DNA of 64,000 bases from Amoebidium appalachense. Lineage: Eukaryota; Protista; Ichthyosporea. The first letter of the stretch is position 1, and each line of letters starts with the position of its first letter. Positions 60,702 to 64,000 of this stretch are shown in pieces. The DNA lies in contig CAVNZM010000006.1 in the NCBI GenBank assembly GCA_963693365.1, positions 930,001 to 994,000 of the forward strand. The letters are read 5' to 3'. The notes under the pieces were generated by a model. It did not search any database, was not told the DNA's origin, and saw nothing but the letters and a program-made list of their open reading frames with translations. The translations under genes were made by a program, and so were the position numbers.

Positions 60702-62027
60702 ATGTTTCAGGCAGTGGACCATAGGCCGGCTCCAACCGAGCACCGGGTCATAAGCATCCTTGCCCCCTCAGCCAAGTCCTACCCCCTTCTGATAAACGGG
60801 GGGGAAACCATAATCCAGGTGAAATCCAAACTAGCAGAGAGCATGGGCCTGGATGGGAGGGTACAACCACAGCGGCTCCAACTCATGTTTATGGGAAGAA
60901 GGTTGGAAGACAGACACAGTTTAGGCTACTATGGCATTAATAACGGCATGGTGCTTCAGTTGTTCTGGGATATGGCTTCAGAGGAGGCGCACGAGCAGCA
61001 GAAAACAGAGGCTATGAGCCCAGCGCGAGGGGTAATGGCTCGTTCAAGAACGTTTTCATCACCAAGCAGCGTGGCCATTGACGGGAGGGCATCAGCAAGC
61101 GCCAACACGCTACCCGACACGGTGCTAGCACGCATATTCAGCTACTTGAGCCTGTCCGATTTTATGTCCGTGGGGGTGGTGTGCCGTCGTTGGCGCATGG
61201 CTGCACGCATGACACGGCCCCGAGGCACGCTCGTTTTACGCAGTTGTTTTGGCGGGGAGAGGGAACTGGCTGTGCGTCTACAACGCATCCTCAGCCTGTG
61301 GCCGTCCATACGCAACCTGCGCCTTCCTCTCCTCAGCAACATTCTCGTCGATTTGCTGGTGGGCGCCGGCAACGGTTTTGGCCTCGACTTTCTCCACATG
61401 CCAAACATCAGAGATTTGCATCCGTTGGCGCGTTGCCGCGGACACAGCATTTACTCCCTGGACCTCAGTTTCACGGGGGTGCACGACATCCACCCCCTGT
61501 CCGCCCTCCGGTTTCTCTCCCACCTGAATCTTCGCGGCACGTCCGTGTCCGACATAAAACCCCTGCTCTCGGTGGACCTGGTCACCCTAAACCTTGCCGA
61601 GACCCCCGTGCAAAACTTGACCCCCCTCGCTCGCCGGGGCCGACTCACCCGTCTAGACCTGGGAGGGTCCCAAGTGACGGATATCACGCCCCTGAAGGGC
61701 TGCACGTCACTCCGGCACCTGTTTCTATGGCTGACGGGTGTGAAACAGGTCGACCCATTGGCCTCATGTCGACAACTTCACACACTCAACCTGTCTAAGA
61801 CCCCCGTCGAATCAGTGCTCCCCCTGGCCCAGTGTCGCAACCTCACTGTGTTGGACCTGTCATCTACGCGGGTGCAGAATGACGACATTGTGGATGTGGT
61901 GAGATCGTGGAACAATGTGCGGGTGTTGAGGTTGTCGTCGGGGGAGGTGAGGATAAAACAGACGCACGAAGAGGAGAGGGAGTATGAGTGGGGGGAGGAG
62001 GAAGAGGGGCCTAGCTCGGCCCCATGA
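60702..62027 (+). CDS. Intronless ubiquitin-like, F-box and leucine-rich-repeat protein (441 aa)
   Basis: UBL: ETIIQVKSKL...RLQLMFMGRRLEDRHSLGYYGINNGMVLQL. F-box: LPDTVLARIFSYLSLSDFMSVGVVCRRW. There are about 7 LRRs of ~22 aa (LxxLDLxxTxVxDIxPL) and an acidic tail. Confidence 0.93.
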   Translation: MFQAVDHRPAPTEHRVISILAPSAKSYPLLINGGETIIQVKSKLAESMGLDGRVQPQRLQLMFMGRRLEDRHSLGYYGINNGMVLQLFWDMASEEAHEQQKTEAMSPARGVMARSRTFSSPSSVAIDGRASASANTLPDTVLARIFSYLSLSDFMSVGVVCRRWRMAARMTRPRGTLVLRSCFGGERELAVRLQRILSLWPSIRNLRLPLLSNILVDLLVGAGNGFGLDFLHMPNIRDLHPLARCRGHSIYSLDLSFTGVHDIHPLSALRFLSHLNLRGTSVSDIKPLLSVDLVTLNLAETPVQNLTPLARRGRLTRLDLGGSQVTDITPLKGCTSLRHLFLWLTGVKQVDPLASCRQLHTLNLSKTPVESVLPLAQCRNLTVLDLSSTRVQNDDIVDVVRSWNNVRVLRLSSGEVRIKQTHEEEREYEWGEEEEGPSSAP

Positions 62028-62235
62028 TTGGCTGGGTGGAAGCGTAATTTCAGCAGGAGAGGGGGGGGGGGGGGGGGGTTCTTTGGTAAGAAGAGATATA
62101 TGTGCAGGATGAATGAAGGATATTTTATGGACTGTTTGGTGTATATCTCGGGGTGGTTGTCTGGTTTGTTGGGGCGGGGGTGGGTGGGTGGGTTTTTGTT
62201 TTATTTCTATTATTTTTTTATTTTTTTATTTTTAT

Positions 62236-62282
<47 letters not shown>

Positions 62283-62815
62283 AAAACGGCTGGGTTACTT
62301 TTTTGACGTTCAGTGATTCATTATGTTATGAGAGGGGAGTGTGGAGATGTATATAGATGGGCTGCTGTTGAAGTCATATATGTAGCCACATGGTTGGTCT
62401 GAATGATTCGCGTTTGTAATAGTCAAATAGTGGATACAGCTACATACTCTCACTCGAGTGGATACACACCTGTTTTCCTAGCTTTTCTCTTTGAAAAAAT
62501 TCATGTACTAAGCAATAATTGGGAAGGATAAAGGTCAGGCAAAGGAGGGTACCTACATACTACCCGAATAACACGTTACTATTTGCAGTAAACGAATGCA
62601 CTACCCTGATGAAAGATAAAAACGATGGCGTATTTGAGGTTGCGCGGCCCTGGCCTACCTTTTGAAATTATATTGATGGTTATTAGTGTTCTAAAAGATA
62701 TTTATCAAAGATCATGTATACCAATACTGTGTGGTGGCCATACATGCACTCAAGCTTGCCTCAGCAGAAATAACCTGAACGGAAGTCCCCCCCACCCCCA
62801 CCCCCACCCCCCCCC

Positions 62816-62903
<88 letters not shown>

Positions 62904-63401
62904 ATATTTAACATGCCGACCAGCTTCTAGATTCCTCAAAAGAAACGATAATGGCCCTGTGAGACTCTCCCTAGATGTGATACAATCACGGCGCAAACAC
63001 ACAATGTACACACAGCTTATGTGCCTGCACATCTTGAAGTTATGGACCTTAAGCACGTGCTTTAAATCGGATCCTGCTTTTCTCTCACAGTAACACCCAC
63101 CCATGCACATTTTATATAAGCACACACACCCATACAGCATCTTGTATAAGCAGACACATCCATATTCGCATCTTGTACAAAAACACACACCCATACAGCC
63201 ATACTCACATCTTGTAAAGCGCACACACCCACTCAAACTTCGAGTCCAACGGGTGCCTGCAGTTGTTCCAAATTCTCTTCCCCCCTCCTCCCCCTCCCGC
63301 GCCTCCCCCCCCCCGCCCCCCCCCCCCCCGCCTCCCCCCCACACACACACACACGTACACACACAAACACGCACACCAAACGCACGCACACGCACACACT
63401 C

Positions 63402-63493
63402 TCGCTCTCTTCTGTCCCAGACTGTCGTTTGCCTTCACATCCCTCAGTGCGGCACATCGGGCAATTTGCTGCACCCTTCCGGCTTTGAAGCTG
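63402..63493 (-). CDS. Possible exon of a RING-finger gene running in from the right edge
   Basis: An AG-bounded segment encodes LQSRKGAANCPMCRTEG, where CPxCR is a typical RING end, followed by GT. Neighbouring exons were not resolved. Confidence 0.3.
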
Positions 63494-63504
63494 CTACCCA
63501 CCAG

Positions 63505-63542
<38 letters not shown>

Positions 63543-63684
63543 ACCACCACCACCACCACCACCACCACTACCACCCACCCTCCCACACACACACATGTAC
63601 ACGCTCTCTCACAATTTCTCCAAGTTCATTCCCCTGTGCCCACCACCCGGCCTAGTTTCGTGCACGCCCTCCCTACAGACGGAT

Positions 63685-63748
<64 letters not shown>

Positions 63749-63922
63749 GCCCCCCCAATCCTCCGGCCCCCCTCCCCTCCCCTCCCCTCCCCCCATCCGC
63801 CCACCCTCACCACCCTGCCCTGAGGCTCCTCCTCTTCAGCCATTCCCATTCATCTGTCTCTGCACAGCCACATCCTATAGCAATTCCCCTTCGTAAAATT
63901 TCCCTGTGCACCGGTACCGTTG

Positions 63923-63963
<41 letters not shown>

Positions 63964-64000
63964 CCCCCCCTTCCCCTTCCCCCGGCCCCTTTCCCCCCCC

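Overview
Intron-rich eukaryotic genomic DNA in the standard code, with introns dominated by poly(C)/poly(G) and (CA)n tracts. The taxon cannot be fixed from sequence; a unicellular holozoan/protist is only a guess. Almost all ORFs in the supplied track are microsatellite artefacts, so genes were assembled by hand from GT-AG exons and coordinates may be off by a few nt. Left to right: (1) a TIR DNA element (579-4726, 8-bp TSD) with a nested, decayed DIRS/PAT-type retrotransposon (RT-RNase H-methyltransferase, split direct repeats); (2) CLPTM1; (3) non-LTR retrotransposon relics; (4) an intronless orphan ORF; (5) a plant-PIN-like AEC transporter (- strand), divergent from (6) an SLC35F-family transporter; (7) a 22-exon, ~907-aa type II membrane protein fusing a degenerate UDP-glucuronate-4-epimerase-like domain, a Cys module, an EGF domain and a GT8 glycosyltransferase; (8) a small SET-domain gene (-), divergent from (9) an intronless ubiquitin-like/F-box/LRR gene. 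The most notable signals are four. First, a family of at least 10 intronic, 5'-truncated, poly(C)-associated retroelement copies, all sense to the host gene, whose 3' region holds a ~160-nt pseudoknotted RNA with compensatory base changes between copies. Second, the epimerase-EGF-GT8 fusion. Third, the PIN-like gene. Fourth, tandem arrays built from duplicated branch-point/acceptor sites.
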